This document shows, one piece after another, positions 17,870-27,017 of a stretch of 36,675 bases of DNA (position 1 is its first letter; every line of letters starts with the position of its first letter). The translations under genes and the position numbers were made by a program. Source of the DNA: a virus (taxonomy: Duplodnaviria; Caudoviricetes); IMG/VR virus record IMGVR_UViG_3300029925_000066, positions 1 to 36,675 of that record. The stretch is one strand, 5' to 3'. Below the pieces are notes generated by a model. That model was not told where the DNA came from. It searched no databases and saw nothing but the letters and a program-made list of their open reading frames with translations.

Positions 17870-18058
17870 TTAAGTTGCCGATGCGTCATAGAAAAGAATA
17901 AGACTTATTTCACCCGACGTAGGAATTAGAAGATTCGCTGGGATATCTGGAACCAAAAGCCCACCCCGATAATATTCATCCAAGCCATCGGGAGCAGTTC
18001 CCCCAAATTCGGCTTTGAGGTCATTGATACTAATCGGTCCACTGGATTGAAGAGCCAT
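17870..18058 (-). CDS. Stand-alone fibre-associated module (paralog of the N-terminus of 17067..17552)
   Basis: MALQSSGPISINDLKAEFGG...L.EYY...PTSGEISL..FY. Confidence 0.7.
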   Translation of the reverse strand: MALQSSGPISINDLKAEFGGTAPDGLDEYYRGGLLVPDIPANLLIPTSGEISLILFYDASAT

Positions 18059-18061
18059 AGG

Positions 18062-18385
18062 TTATCCTTTCGGGGGCATTTCGCCAAATATGCTTATGAT
18101 TTCGGCAACATTATCGACAGGGGTATTCTCAAGATCATATTGAACCAACATGGCTTTCATCTGATTGAACACGCTTTCTGCAACGGATAATAACATCTCG
18201 TCATACATTGCCATATTGAGGGACCCATCAGCATTTTCGATAAGGTCGACCCCTCGGATACTATCATCAAAAATTGGATGTTTCCCGTGTTCTGGTTTCC
18301 GAAAAGGGTTCACAAATATGTAAGTAATTGTCTTGGTTTCGGGGTCAAATCCAAGACAATGGTACTCGAAATTTTCTAATTCCAT
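18062..18385 (-). CDS. Hypothetical protein downstream of the fibre
   Basis: 107-aa acidic ORF with a GGAG ribosome-binding site and a late promoter. Confidence 0.7.
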   Translation of the reverse strand: MELENFEYHCLGFDPETKTITYIFVNPFRKPEHGKHPIFDDSIRGVDLIENADGSLNMAMYDEMLLSVAESVFNQMKAMLVQYDLENTPVDNVAEIISIFGEMPPKG

Positions 18386-18404
18386 GATTTATTCTCCATG
18401 TGAT

Positions 18405-18412
18405 TATTTATA
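18405..18412 (-). promoter_or_regulatory. T4-type late promoter TATAAATA overlapping the upstream stop codon
   Basis: Exact consensus 20 nt before ATG 18385. Confidence 0.75.
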
Positions 18413-21400
18413 TACTATCCAAGATTGACTGGACCAGTTTCTTCAATGCTTGAACTTCACCTTCAAGTGCTTCACGCTTTTTCTTTTCTTCGTACAAGGC
18501 TGCGACGGCATACTTGCCATAATCAAGAGACAGGATTCCATCATCATTCGCAATTACGAATTCTGAACCATGTTTTTGAACTTCTTGGGCAGTAGGACCG
18601 ACACCCTTCCGGCCACTGTCTTTCCATGTGTATTCATAGGCCGTCAGATTATCGATCAACGCCGGACGATCCAAAATATTTAAAATATTCTTTAGGCGTT
18701 CATCAGAGTTAGCCGTGACGTTACCCGTTGCTGTGAAATCTCCGGTAGTCCGGGCAAAGGTAAATCGAAGTGTTGCGCCGTCCTTAATGGTTAGATTGCC
18801 CGCATTAAGTTCTATTCGATTCGTTGTTCCGTCATGATATATCTGCATGTCCGACCCAGTACCCAGAATCACACGAACATTGTCATTAAATATCTGGTTG
18901 GCGGTCCATGTTATTGCTTCCCCCGCCAAATATCCCGCAAAAGCGGTACGACTGCAGGTCCGCATAAAGTTATCACCAGATCCACTGCTGCTATTCCGGA
19001 AGCAAATAGCAGCAGTGGCTGCAATGGTAGTTGTTTGGGTTGCGAAGTCCGAACGAATAAGCCGACAATGTATGTCACCCGTACTGTTTCGCCCCACCAC
19101 GGTACTGATTGTGGCGGCAGTAGAGACGAGGGCCAGTCCGTCAAGTAATCCAGCATCGAGACCAGACCCGACTCCGTCGTTACCCGCATGCCAGACTTTA
19201 TTGCCATTAATATCTATTTCACCATTCGCATTTATCTTACCGGTGTATGTCCAAATCCCAACACTGGTAGAATAGGTATGCTCGGCACCCGTCCCATTAC
19301 CAAACCCAAAACCATTATTATGAAAGTCTGTCCCGAGAGATATATATGAGTGGTCGGAGACATCAACGCGCTTCTGGAGTTTAAGTTTTGATGTTGTCCA
19401 GTCAGCACCTGCAGACACTCGATCATTCAGAACCACTAATTTTGCACGATTGCCAACCGAACCATCTATGATCGTTATTTCGGTTGTGTTACCAGCCACC
19501 GAACCAAGCACGGTGGTAGATTTCCATGTGAGCATCGTAGCGTCTAGATTAAGATACTCACTCGACCCGCTAATACTAGTAGCCTTAACGATCTTGAAAT
19601 CAGTGCCATCCGTTCCGATAGACCATAATTTTTCACCGGCGGTTATACCAAATGATATATTGGGTTGACCAGCAAGACCGTGAATAGTAATATCCGATAC
19701 AGTGCCAACAGTCCGACGGAAGATCGCCATTGGGCCACCAGCACCACCGCCTTCAACTAGGAAACCTGCAGTCGCAGTCGCATTTGCATCAATGACCTTG
19801 ACAAATGATGGGCTAACAACTAACGACGCCCCGGTTGTATCATTTGTTCCGGGACGAATGTTCACACTCTTGCCCGCAACCGATGTCGAGATATATGTGT
19901 TGGTATCCGTCTGCCCGTGCATGATAATATAATTGCCATTCGGAGCCATCAACCCGGAATATACGGCATTGGTCACATTATTCTGCCAAGGCCCCAAACG
20001 TGATTCGACATTGTTTGAACCGGACTTAGTAATGAAGAATTCGGCTTGCGCATCACTGGCAATAGTCACCAGACCGGAACTACCAATCCGCATGGCTTCT
20101 GTGCCATAGTCTGAATTCGCTACGCCATATGCTTGGCCAACAATTCCTGTCCGAAACACCAAAGCAGTTGGCATATCATTGATAGTGTTGAAGTCTCCAT
20201 CAGATACAGCCACCATGGAAGCCGCATAGGCAATGTTACCCTCGGTGCCATCCGTATGGTTACCCCCGAAATAGATGGAACCAATATGTTTGCCCGAAAG
20301 GGTTTTTGCACCACTGGTGAGCTTCTCAAGAAGTAATGCCCCCGAAAAACTCTGGCTGGCATTGGGGTCTGATCGCTCTCCCCGGACTCTCACGACAGGT
20401 GCCGCATTGGCCCCCGAACTATCCTCAACAAAAATACCACCGGTAAGACCTGTACCAAATACATGTAATGTTGCATCGGGTGTTCCAGTCCCGCCGATCA
20501 TCAGATTGTCCGTCATGTTCACATCGCCATTGCCATGGAAGATGACAGTGTCGGTTGTGGAATTTGGACGGAACAGGAACCCGCCTGTAACAACACTGTG
20601 TTTGAAGCGAGTAGAATCATCCTCAACATCCGCTGTCTGGGCAATGTTCAGGGTATTGGTAGCAGTTGCAATATCATCACGCTTGACATTGAAGCCCGCC
20701 GCATTATGTACAGTCAGAACACCGGTTGTTGTGTCATCGGCATCCGAGCGCAAGAATTGAGTACTATTCAGCCCATCGAACAGATCAGCGTCAATACCGG
20801 ACCCCGCCCCAAAGTCATCCGAGGTGATGATATTGAAATAGTTTGTACCGTCGTTGGTCAGCTGCCATTTATCGGCAGCTTCATCCCAAAGAAGGCTGAC
20901 ATTCGGGGATGTTCCCCGTTCGATTTCCATGCCCGCATCTTGGGTTGGCGCTCCAACCTCATCAACATTGAGCGTGAAGATGTTATCACTGATGTTCAGG
21001 GTATTGGTATCGATGAATGTGGTTGTACCGCTGATTGTCAGGTCACCGGTGACTATCAGATCACCGTTGGCTGTTGTATTACCCGAGCTATCAATAACAA
21101 GATCGGATCGAGTCGCAAGTGATGTAAGTACCAATTCCCGGGTTGCGGTGTTGCTTGACGCCGCAATAATCAGATCACCGGAAGAAGAATCTCTTCGGAT
21201 ATAGGATGCATTCAATACACCGAATGCCCCGGTCGCACCATCAATGATGATACCATCAACGGCATTTGCAAATTGAGCAGCCGCCGTGAATGACTTCGCA
21301 CCCGTGATTGTCTGTGTGCCCGCAATTTGAACAAATGCACTTGAATCATTTCCATCCAGAGTGTCTGCATCAACATTCAGGGCATCAACAAATATCTTTG

Positions 21401-23534
21401 TAACCCGGGCATCAATGTCTGTATTTGCTCTAGTTGTTGTATAGTAAAGGTTGGTTCCCTCGGTGATATCTGTTGTTGATCCGGTGGAGTTTGATAGCGC
21501 AAGATAGAATCCACCCGACTGACCATCAAGGAAGTCAGAGTCCAACAATGATCCGGCACCGTCGACGGTAATCAATTTGGCCAGAACATCAGTTGCGGTA
21601 TAATCAGAGACAGTGACAACATTGCTACTTCCAACCGAAACAGTTCCGGTGAAATTCTTGTTGCCCGCAATTGTCAGCTGGTTGCTTGTCAGGTCAACAA
21701 AATCACCCGCACCCGGAACACCGGTCAAGTCAGCATAATCCAAAACAGCGTTGACCCACCCCGCACCGTCATAACGCATGACCTGACCACTTACCGGAGT
21801 TGTGATAGTGAGGTCAGATAAATCATTTAAACTTGTGACAAGCGTAGGAGTGTTTACGATGTCTGCGTAATCTATGGTTGCATTGATCCAATTAGCCCCA
21901 TCATATTTTAAGTATTCCGCCAAAGCGGGGGATAATAAACTGGTGTCCGTAAGGTCATCAAGAGACACCGGTTCACCACCAACACCCGCCAAAGCAGCGG
22001 TCAACGCCGTATTGGTCACCAATCCACTCAGGTCAAGAGAGCTTGTCGCATCATCGACCGGTGGCGTAATGATCAAATCACCAACATCAACCTCACCAGC
22101 ATCCACAAGCTTAGGGACAGACCCAATAGACTTGATCAACAGGGAGGTGTCCAGTGACTTGGACGCGTCAGGTACAACAACACCCCCCGAGTCCGTGACA
22201 GGCGCACCAGTGGGCACAGGTGAGGTCTGGGCGGCTACTGTAGGCTCTGCCGCGGGAACAATTCTAATACTTTGTTGGGCCGCAACATAAGAACGAACAT
22301 CAAAGTCGGGGTCGACCTTGCCAGCGCTTAGATCACTGTGTCCGAAATATACGCTATCTGGGTACGCCAGCCCGTATTGGCGTAAGAAGCTATTAAATGT
22401 TTGGAACTGCGCGGCAGTGAGACTTCCGACCCCGAAGTCTGTAGAGCCAGAACCAGAATGATTAAGAAACCCGCCAACAAATGCGATCCCGACCGAATTG
22501 GCATTATGCCCCCCAAGTGTGTGCGAGCCATTAATATCGAGATTGCGTCCGACTTGCAGGGACCCGTCCCGTAAGATAAGAAAATGATAACCAATACCGT
22601 TCGCCCAACCGTTACCATTCCGGTGCCAGTCGTCAACGTCATGAACAGTGATGTTCTGATTCACATATGTGGCAGTCCAGTGAACAACCAGCTTATTGAT
22701 TGTCCGGGTAGACCGCATGAAAACATTTAATAAATGCTCTTCACTGGTGATAACGTCACCAAACGATACAACACCGGCAGTAGCAGATGCCGTGAAGTCA
22801 CCCCCGTCACCAACACCATTGCCAAATGCAGCATGGATTTCCCGAGCCTTACCAATGATTCTGGCATCTGTTGCAGCAGTCAGGGCATAGACAGCGTCTT
22901 CGATGGTGGATGCGTTGTAAAGGATGTTCCGTGAATTGGCTGTGACCTCACCTTCAAGGTAATAGGACAACACACTCTCAAGAACTCTTGGGTCCAGTTG
23001 ACGTCGAGCTACCCATTCAAGATATAGCCGACTATCGGTCACAAGATTTGTGATCAGGGTGTCGACATCAAGAGTGTCAGACTTCCCTTTGGTCGCAATG
23101 ACACTTATAAGGGCTGCTGCCTGCTCTTCAGTGGCACCATTGGTGATGAAATAATCCCATGCCCGTTCTGGGTTGTTGCCGGGCAGGCCCCTGCCACCAT
23201 CACGATTAATTTGTACGTTAGTAGGATCGGAGATGCCTGAAATGACACCAAGCACCAAAGGATTTTGTTTTGTTTCCCCGTCAAGGAATATACCAAACAC
23301 TTGAGCGCCATTGAGGATACCGGTAGCAGTCCTACCAATACCAGAAATGCCAGCTTCGGTTGCTGGCAAGGTAATCTGTGACCATGGGAGGTCAGATGAG
23401 GGGAGCACATCAGCATCTTCGGAGTGAAGCCCAAAAATGCGCACACGAACGCGCCCGGCTTCAAGCGGGTCATTGATATCTTCGACAACGCCAATAAAGT
23501 AACTGGTTGTGTTTCCGTAAAAATTATTTATCAT
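18408..23534 (-). CDS. gp5: gp5 N-terminal OB-fold fused to N-acetylmuramoyl-L-alanine amidase, long fibre and C-terminal S74 intramolecular chaperone
   Basis: FIGVVEDINDPLEAGRVRVRIFGLH...LPW...G..VFG.FLDG...Q.P (OB-fold); VVHWTA...IGYHF.I.RDG...GR...GSH...N..S.GI...GG...GHSD...KVDP (Amidase_2); DAD.LDG and EGTNLYYT fibre motifs; SDERLKN...G..AQEV...LDY (S74). Confidence 0.9.
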   Translation of the reverse strand: MINNFYGNTTSYFIGVVEDINDPLEAGRVRVRIFGLHSEDADVLPSSDLPWSQITLPATEAGISGIGRTATGILNGAQVFGIFLDGETKQNPLVLGVISGISDPTNVQINRDGGRGLPGNNPERAWDYFITNGATEEQAAALISVIATKGKSDTLDVDTLITNLVTDSRLYLEWVARRQLDPRVLESVLSYYLEGEVTANSRNILYNASTIEDAVYALTAATDARIIGKAREIHAAFGNGVGDGGDFTASATAGVVSFGDVITSEEHLLNVFMRSTRTINKLVVHWTATYVNQNITVHDVDDWHRNGNGWANGIGYHFLILRDGSLQVGRNLDINGSHTLGGHNANSVGIAFVGGFLNHSGSGSTDFGVGSLTAAQFQTFNSFLRQYGLAYPDSVYFGHSDLSAGKVDPDFDVRSYVAAQQSIRIVPAAEPTVAAQTSPVPTGAPVTDSGGVVVPDASKSLDTSLLIKSIGSVPKLVDAGEVDVGDLIITPPVDDATSSLDLSGLVTNTALTAALAGVGGEPVSLDDLTDTSLLSPALAEYLKYDGANWINATIDYADIVNTPTLVTSLNDLSDLTITTPVSGQVMRYDGAGWVNAVLDYADLTGVPGAGDFVDLTSNQLTIAGNKNFTGTVSVGSSNVVTVSDYTATDVLAKLITVDGAGSLLDSDFLDGQSGGFYLALSNSTGSTTDITEGTNLYYTTTRANTDIDARVTKIFVDALNVDADTLDGNDSSAFVQIAGTQTITGAKSFTAAAQFANAVDGIIIDGATGAFGVLNASYIRRDSSSGDLIIAASSNTATRELVLTSLATRSDLVIDSSGNTTANGDLIVTGDLTISGTTTFIDTNTLNISDNIFTLNVDEVGAPTQDAGMEIERGTSPNVSLLWDEAADKWQLTNDGTNYFNIITSDDFGAGSGIDADLFDGLNSTQFLRSDADDTTTGVLTVHNAAGFNVKRDDIATATNTLNIAQTADVEDDSTRFKHSVVTGGFLFRPNSTTDTVIFHGNGDVNMTDNLMIGGTGTPDATLHVFGTGLTGGIFVEDSSGANAAPVVRVRGERSDPNASQSFSGALLLEKLTSGAKTLSGKHIGSIYFGGNHTDGTEGNIAYAASMVAVSDGDFNTINDMPTALVFRTGIVGQAYGVANSDYGTEAMRIGSSGLVTIASDAQAEFFITKSGSNNVESRLGPWQNNVTNAVYSGLMAPNGNYIIMHGQTDTNTYISTSVAGKSVNIRPGTNDTTGASLVVSPSFVKVIDANATATAGFLVEGGGAGGPMAIFRRTVGTVSDITIHGLAGQPNISFGITAGEKLWSIGTDGTDFKIVKATSISGSSEYLNLDATMLTWKSTTVLGSVAGNTTEITIIDGSVGNRAKLVVLNDRVSAGADWTTSKLKLQKRVDVSDHSYISLGTDFHNNGFGFGNGTGAEHTYSTSVGIWTYTGKINANGEIDINGNKVWHAGNDGVGSGLDAGLLDGLALVSTAATISTVVGRNSTGDIHCRLIRSDFATQTTTIAATAAICFRNSSSGSGDNFMRTCSRTAFAGYLAGEAITWTANQIFNDNVRVILGTGSDMQIYHDGTTNRIELNAGNLTIKDGATLRFTFARTTGDFTATGNVTANSDERLKNILNILDRPALIDNLTAYEYTWKDSGRKGVGPTAQEVQKHGSEFVIANDDGILSLDYGKYAVAALYEEKKKREALEGEVQALKKLVQSILDSI

Positions 23535-23535
23535 A

Positions 23536-24894
23536 TTACCTTACATTTCGATCTGAATCGTCTTCAAGATTATCGCGTGTGTCTGTTCTCTTGACCTGCA
23601 GGGCAGCATAATATTGACCTTCACCATCAAACTTGTGTCGACAAGCCGTAACCAGATAGGTGCCACTTCGCTTACTATCAATTACGAGCCGCTCGTCTTC
23701 GTGTCTTGTCAGTGGGGCATCTCTGGGTATTGTGATGTCGATCAAGGTGCCGACCGACGTGTTCTTTGATGTGTGCAGCATGGAATGACCGGGAATTGTG
23801 ATGTTCATTGCCTGCTTGTCCAGCATGTTCAGGTTGGACTCGCGCGCTACTCTCTTGATGTGGTCTTCGTTTATTGGCTCTTCATCAAATGCATTGGAAT
23901 CCGCGCCGTACATGTCAGATGTATTTATATGAGAAATGATTATTCTGTTGGCATCATTCAAAGATTTTTCTTCCGGCCCCACAGTAAATTTGGTGTCGAA
24001 CTGATTGAAATTGCGGTTGTCCGCGAGTCTTCCGGCGTCTTTACGTCTCTGGAAGTCCTCTTTAAGGTCGAATGTGGACCTGTTCTTGTCTAGGGGCCGC
24101 CTCCTAAATGTATTCAGGGACACATAGTCACCCGAAAACGTGTTACGCTTGGCCAATTCAATCGTGTCGTCGCTTGACCCCATGCTTAGATCAAGGATAC
24201 GGTGGGCAGTATCTTCAAATACGTCTGCCACTTCGGTCATGACGCGCGTGTACCTATAAGACCCCAAAGACGACTGATCGCTATAGAGGCTTCCCAGTGA
24301 CCGAAAGTTGATTCCGGTACGAAGTGTCGAATAAAGATAGAACGGCTCTCCATACGCACTGGTTGCCCTTCGGCGCAACATATCAGTGAACCCTAGTGGT
24401 GTCAGGTTGGGGGCAATCACTCTTGCGGACTGATGACACTCTTCAAACTGATCTGCTTTCAACTTAAGATTTAAGGACCCGGTCAATACGTTGAAAATAA
24501 TTTTATCGAACTTGCCATCATGACTGTCATTTAGTCGCAAGAAATTGGAGTGATAGCCATGGGCCTCAATGAAATGAAGAAGAATGATAGAGCTTTGGTT
24601 TGACCCACTCTTGATTGTGTTACCCACGGCGTGAATAATAAAAGTTTTCTTGAGTGGCTCTTCGTCATTAACAGCCACATTGATTGTGATGGTCTCTTGC
24701 CCATTGAAATTGATGATAGTCGACAGGGCAGCACTATCAGACAAGAGAATGCTCCCCGTGATATAAGGGATGTCCAGATTTTCAAACAGGTTGAGTTCAA
24801 TCATGATCGCCGCCACATTATAGGGCTCGTCAAAGCGTTCGCCATCAATGATGATGTCACCCAATGTGTAACGATTTGGGGCTTGGTGTTCCAT
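23536..24894 (-). CDS. Baseplate hub protein, gp27-like
   Basis: IELNLFENL..PYITG.I.L.D start and C-terminal SG.YLVTA.RH; lies between gp53 and gp5. Confidence 0.7.
   Translation of the reverse strand: MEHQAPNRYTLGDIIIDGERFDEPYNVAAIMIELNLFENLDIPYITGSILLSDSAALSTIINFNGQETITINVAVNDEEPLKKTFIIHAVGNTIKSGSNQSSIILLHFIEAHGYHSNFLRLNDSHDGKFDKIIFNVLTGSLNLKLKADQFEECHQSARVIAPNLTPLGFTDMLRRRATSAYGEPFYLYSTLRTGINFRSLGSLYSDQSSLGSYRYTRVMTEVADVFEDTAHRILDLSMGSSDDTIELAKRNTFSGDYVSLNTFRRRPLDKNRSTFDLKEDFQRRKDAGRLADNRNFNQFDTKFTVGPEEKSLNDANRIIISHINTSDMYGADSNAFDEEPINEDHIKRVARESNLNMLDKQAMNITIPGHSMLHTSKNTSVGTLIDITIPRDAPLTRHEDERLVIDSKRSGTYLVTACRHKFDGEGQYYAALQVKRTDTRDNLEDDSDRNVR
23922..23929 (-). promoter_or_regulatory. Possible intragenic late promoter upstream of the gp5 N-terminal gene
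   Basis: Exact TATAAATA ~390 nt before ATG 23534. Confidence 0.35.
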
Positions 24895-25661
24895 TAGCTT
24901 GTGATAGCTTCACGGAACAGAGATGCAAACTGTCCGACCACATTCTTACGAAGTACGCGGATAGACGACAGGTCATCATTTCGATTGGTGAAAAATTCTT
25001 TAAATGTTACGGGTGTGAGTGTTGCGGCATCAATGCCTGAGATAGGATCGATGTCCACAATGTTGCCATCCGAATCTTCGAAGTGGTGCACAGCGTTGAT
25101 AGTCTCGGATGCACTGTCTAAATCGAGCTGATGATTAGGAGCCCCAGACAATACATCCTTGATGGTCTCTTGACCAAACAGAATACCATTTTCTGATGTG
25201 ACAAATATCTGTCCAAGGGAGACATCACGGGCATACACTTTACCGAAGGCCCCGGTGGATGAACCATGTACATCTGTCCCGACCGGAAACTTGTCAGTCA
25301 TGGTGGGTTGTGTGAAGCCTGTGGTTGCACCGACGGACGAACCCGACGACACAAGAACCTGTCCAACACTTTCTTCTTTGATATGATCGATCAATTCTAG
25401 GGATGACAGGGGCCATCCAGATTGTCGGATACCATCATTGAGTAAGTAGAATGTCCAATAATGATCTGTTGTGGCATATAATCTGTAGGATACCACATCG
25501 GGGCGTTCCCCATCAGACAGAGTATATGTCTCATAGACCGTGGCATCGTCCTTAAACTGATCAATTATATCAACGTATTGTGACAGGTTGGTGAAGTCGA
25601 CCGGAACATCTGAATCGCCAAACTTGTACTGGATCGTTTCGAACTTGGAAAAGTACACCAT
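24894..25661 (-). CDS. gp53: Baseplate wedge subunit gp53
   Basis: YF..F..I.Y, DGERPD.VSY.LY....YW....LN....GWPLS and C-terminal N..L..IRVL motifs. Confidence 0.9.
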   Translation of the reverse strand: MVYFSKFETIQYKFGDSDVPVDFTNLSQYVDIIDQFKDDATVYETYTLSDGERPDVVSYRLYATTDHYWTFYLLNDGIRQSGWPLSSLELIDHIKEESVGQVLVSSGSSVGATTGFTQPTMTDKFPVGTDVHGSSTGAFGKVYARDVSLGQIFVTSENGILFGQETIKDVLSGAPNHQLDLDSASETINAVHHFEDSDGNIVDIDPISGIDAATLTPVTFKEFFTNRNDDLSSIRVLRKNVVGQFASLFREAITS

Positions 25662-26474
25662 TTAGAAACCCTCTTCCACATCCTGCCGCTCGAGTGCTCT
25701 CTCCTCATTGAACGATAGTTCGATACGAGTAGACATGAATTCACCGTCGGCATGATATGCTTGGGCACCATTTGGGTTGAATGTGGTTCTAACACCGGAT
25801 AAGAAACAGGGCTTGATCTTGTGGGCCATCTTCTTATTGGTCTTGCCGTCAACAGCATAGTTGTATTCCAAAAGAAATTTTGTGGGGTGCACGTATGCCA
25901 GACCACCGGTCAACACTTCGGGGTACAATCTGGAACGAAAGAATTTTACAATTTGATTGATACGTTCGGCATCTCTTGCATCAGATGGAACAAGATCAAA
26001 TTCAAATGAAAACTGCCGAAGGTTTACGCCCTCAAAGATCGATCTTTCGTGGGGGTGGGCAGTGCGACCAAGGCCAACACGAATACCAGCACCTACACCT
26101 GTAGAATAAAATCCAGCTGCTTGTAGGACCTTTGTGAGGCTTCCGACCACATCACCAGACGCAGCGTCTCCAAGACTAACCACGGCATCCGAAAAACTAG
26201 CGGTGACACGCCGCGCCGCGGAAAGGGCCTGTCTCCCAAGATCATCAGCGGTCGCATCCCCACCTGCAGCCGCTGCCGCTGACGCGGCCTCCCTGCCAAG
26301 GATACCAAGTTTAATGTTATTGTACTGAACACCATCAGCGACAGCAACAGTCTTGGGGAGGTATAACACAACCCGTGACCCTTCGATTGGGGACTCATCC
26401 GAATCTAACAAATAGAAAGTAACTGTTGCGCGTTGGCGCTCTTCATTCGTTAGGGGAAATACTAGTGCTGTCAT
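25662..26474 (-). CDS. gp48: Baseplate tail-tube cap, gp48-like (start reassigned to MTALVFP)
   Basis: LYLP, P..R..F.GV.LRQFSFEF.L.P....A..I..IVKFFR and KIKPCFL...L.F.E motifs. Confidence 0.8.
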   Translation of the reverse strand: MTALVFPLTNEERQRATVTFYLLDSDESPIEGSRVVLYLPKTVAVADGVQYNNIKLGILGREAASAAAAAGGDATADDLGRQALSAARRVTASFSDAVVSLGDAASGDVVGSLTKVLQAAGFYSTGVGAGIRVGLGRTAHPHERSIFEGVNLRQFSFEFDLVPSDARDAERINQIVKFFRSRLYPEVLTGGLAYVHPTKFLLEYNYAVDGKTNKKMAHKIKPCFLSGVRTTFNPNGAQAYHADGEFMSTRIELSFNEERALERQDVEEGF

Positions 26475-26487
26475 ACTGGGTGTTCCG

Positions 26488-26495
26488 TATAAATA
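26488..26495 (+). promoter_or_regulatory. Late promoter TATAAATA for gp4
   Basis: Exact consensus 55 nt upstream of ATG 26550. Confidence 0.85.
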
Positions 26496-26516
26496 GTGAT
26501 TGAAACGTTTCACTGT

Positions 26517-26524
26517 TATTTATA
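26517..26524 (-). promoter_or_regulatory. Late promoter TATAAATA for the gp48-gp53-hub operon
   Basis: Exact consensus 43 nt upstream of ATG 26474. Confidence 0.85.
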
Positions 26525-26549
26525 CGGGACAGACACCGAAGGGAATGTA

Positions 26550-27017
26550 ATGGGCTATGGCAAATGCCACAAAGGCAAATATACTTTAAAAAAACCCAAG
26601 AAATATTTGGGTGACCCTAAGAAGGTCATGTATAGAAGCTCGTTAGAGCGTTCTGCGTTCATCTGGTGTGAGAATAACCCAAAAATTAAAAGATGGAATA
26701 GCGAAGAGCTTGTTGTGAGTTATCGGTGCTTGACCGACCGTAGAATCCACAGATATTTTGTGGATTTGTGGATAGAGTGGGTAGATGGAACAGTTACGGC
26801 TGTAGAAATTAAGCCAGAAAAGCAGACCAGACCACCCACCAAACCCAAAAGAAAAACAAAAAAAACAACTGCGTCATATTTGGGTGAACAACTTATTTAC
26901 GCTAAGAACATATCAAAGTGGGAAGCGGCCTCACATTATTGCAAAAAGCAAGGGTGGAAATTTGAGATTTGGACAGAATCGATCCTCAAATCAAAAGGAG
27001 TCATGGTTATATACTAA
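26550..27017 (+). CDS. gp4: Head completion nuclease gp4 (TnsA-like; start reassigned to MGYGK)
   Basis: P.KY.GD....YRSS.E.....W...NP.I..W.SEE, HRYFVD, EIKP..QT.PP, N..KWEAA and F.I.TE motifs; AAGGGA ribosome-binding site. Confidence 0.95.
   Translation: MGYGKCHKGKYTLKKPKKYLGDPKKVMYRSSLERSAFIWCENNPKIKRWNSEELVVSYRCLTDRRIHRYFVDLWIEWVDGTVTAVEIKPEKQTRPPTKPKRKTKKTTASYLGEQLIYAKNISKWEAASHYCKKQGWKFEIWTESILKSKGVMVIY

Noticed and set aside
18408-23534. Diversity-generating retroelement or invertible fibre cassette
   Set aside because: No reverse transcriptase, invertase or adenine-variant template repeat is visible in the window.
138-26328. Numerous plus-strand ORFs in the track (e.g. 138..641, 801..1457, 4000..4566, 5954..6514, 20535..21122)
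   Set aside because: They are antisense shadows of long minus-strand structural genes, with no recognisable motifs.
26496-26549. Track starts for gp4 (26496), gp48-like (26513) and the endonuclease (27887)
   Set aside because: These upstream starts lie too close to the late promoters or lack ribosome-binding sites; downstream ATGs fit better.
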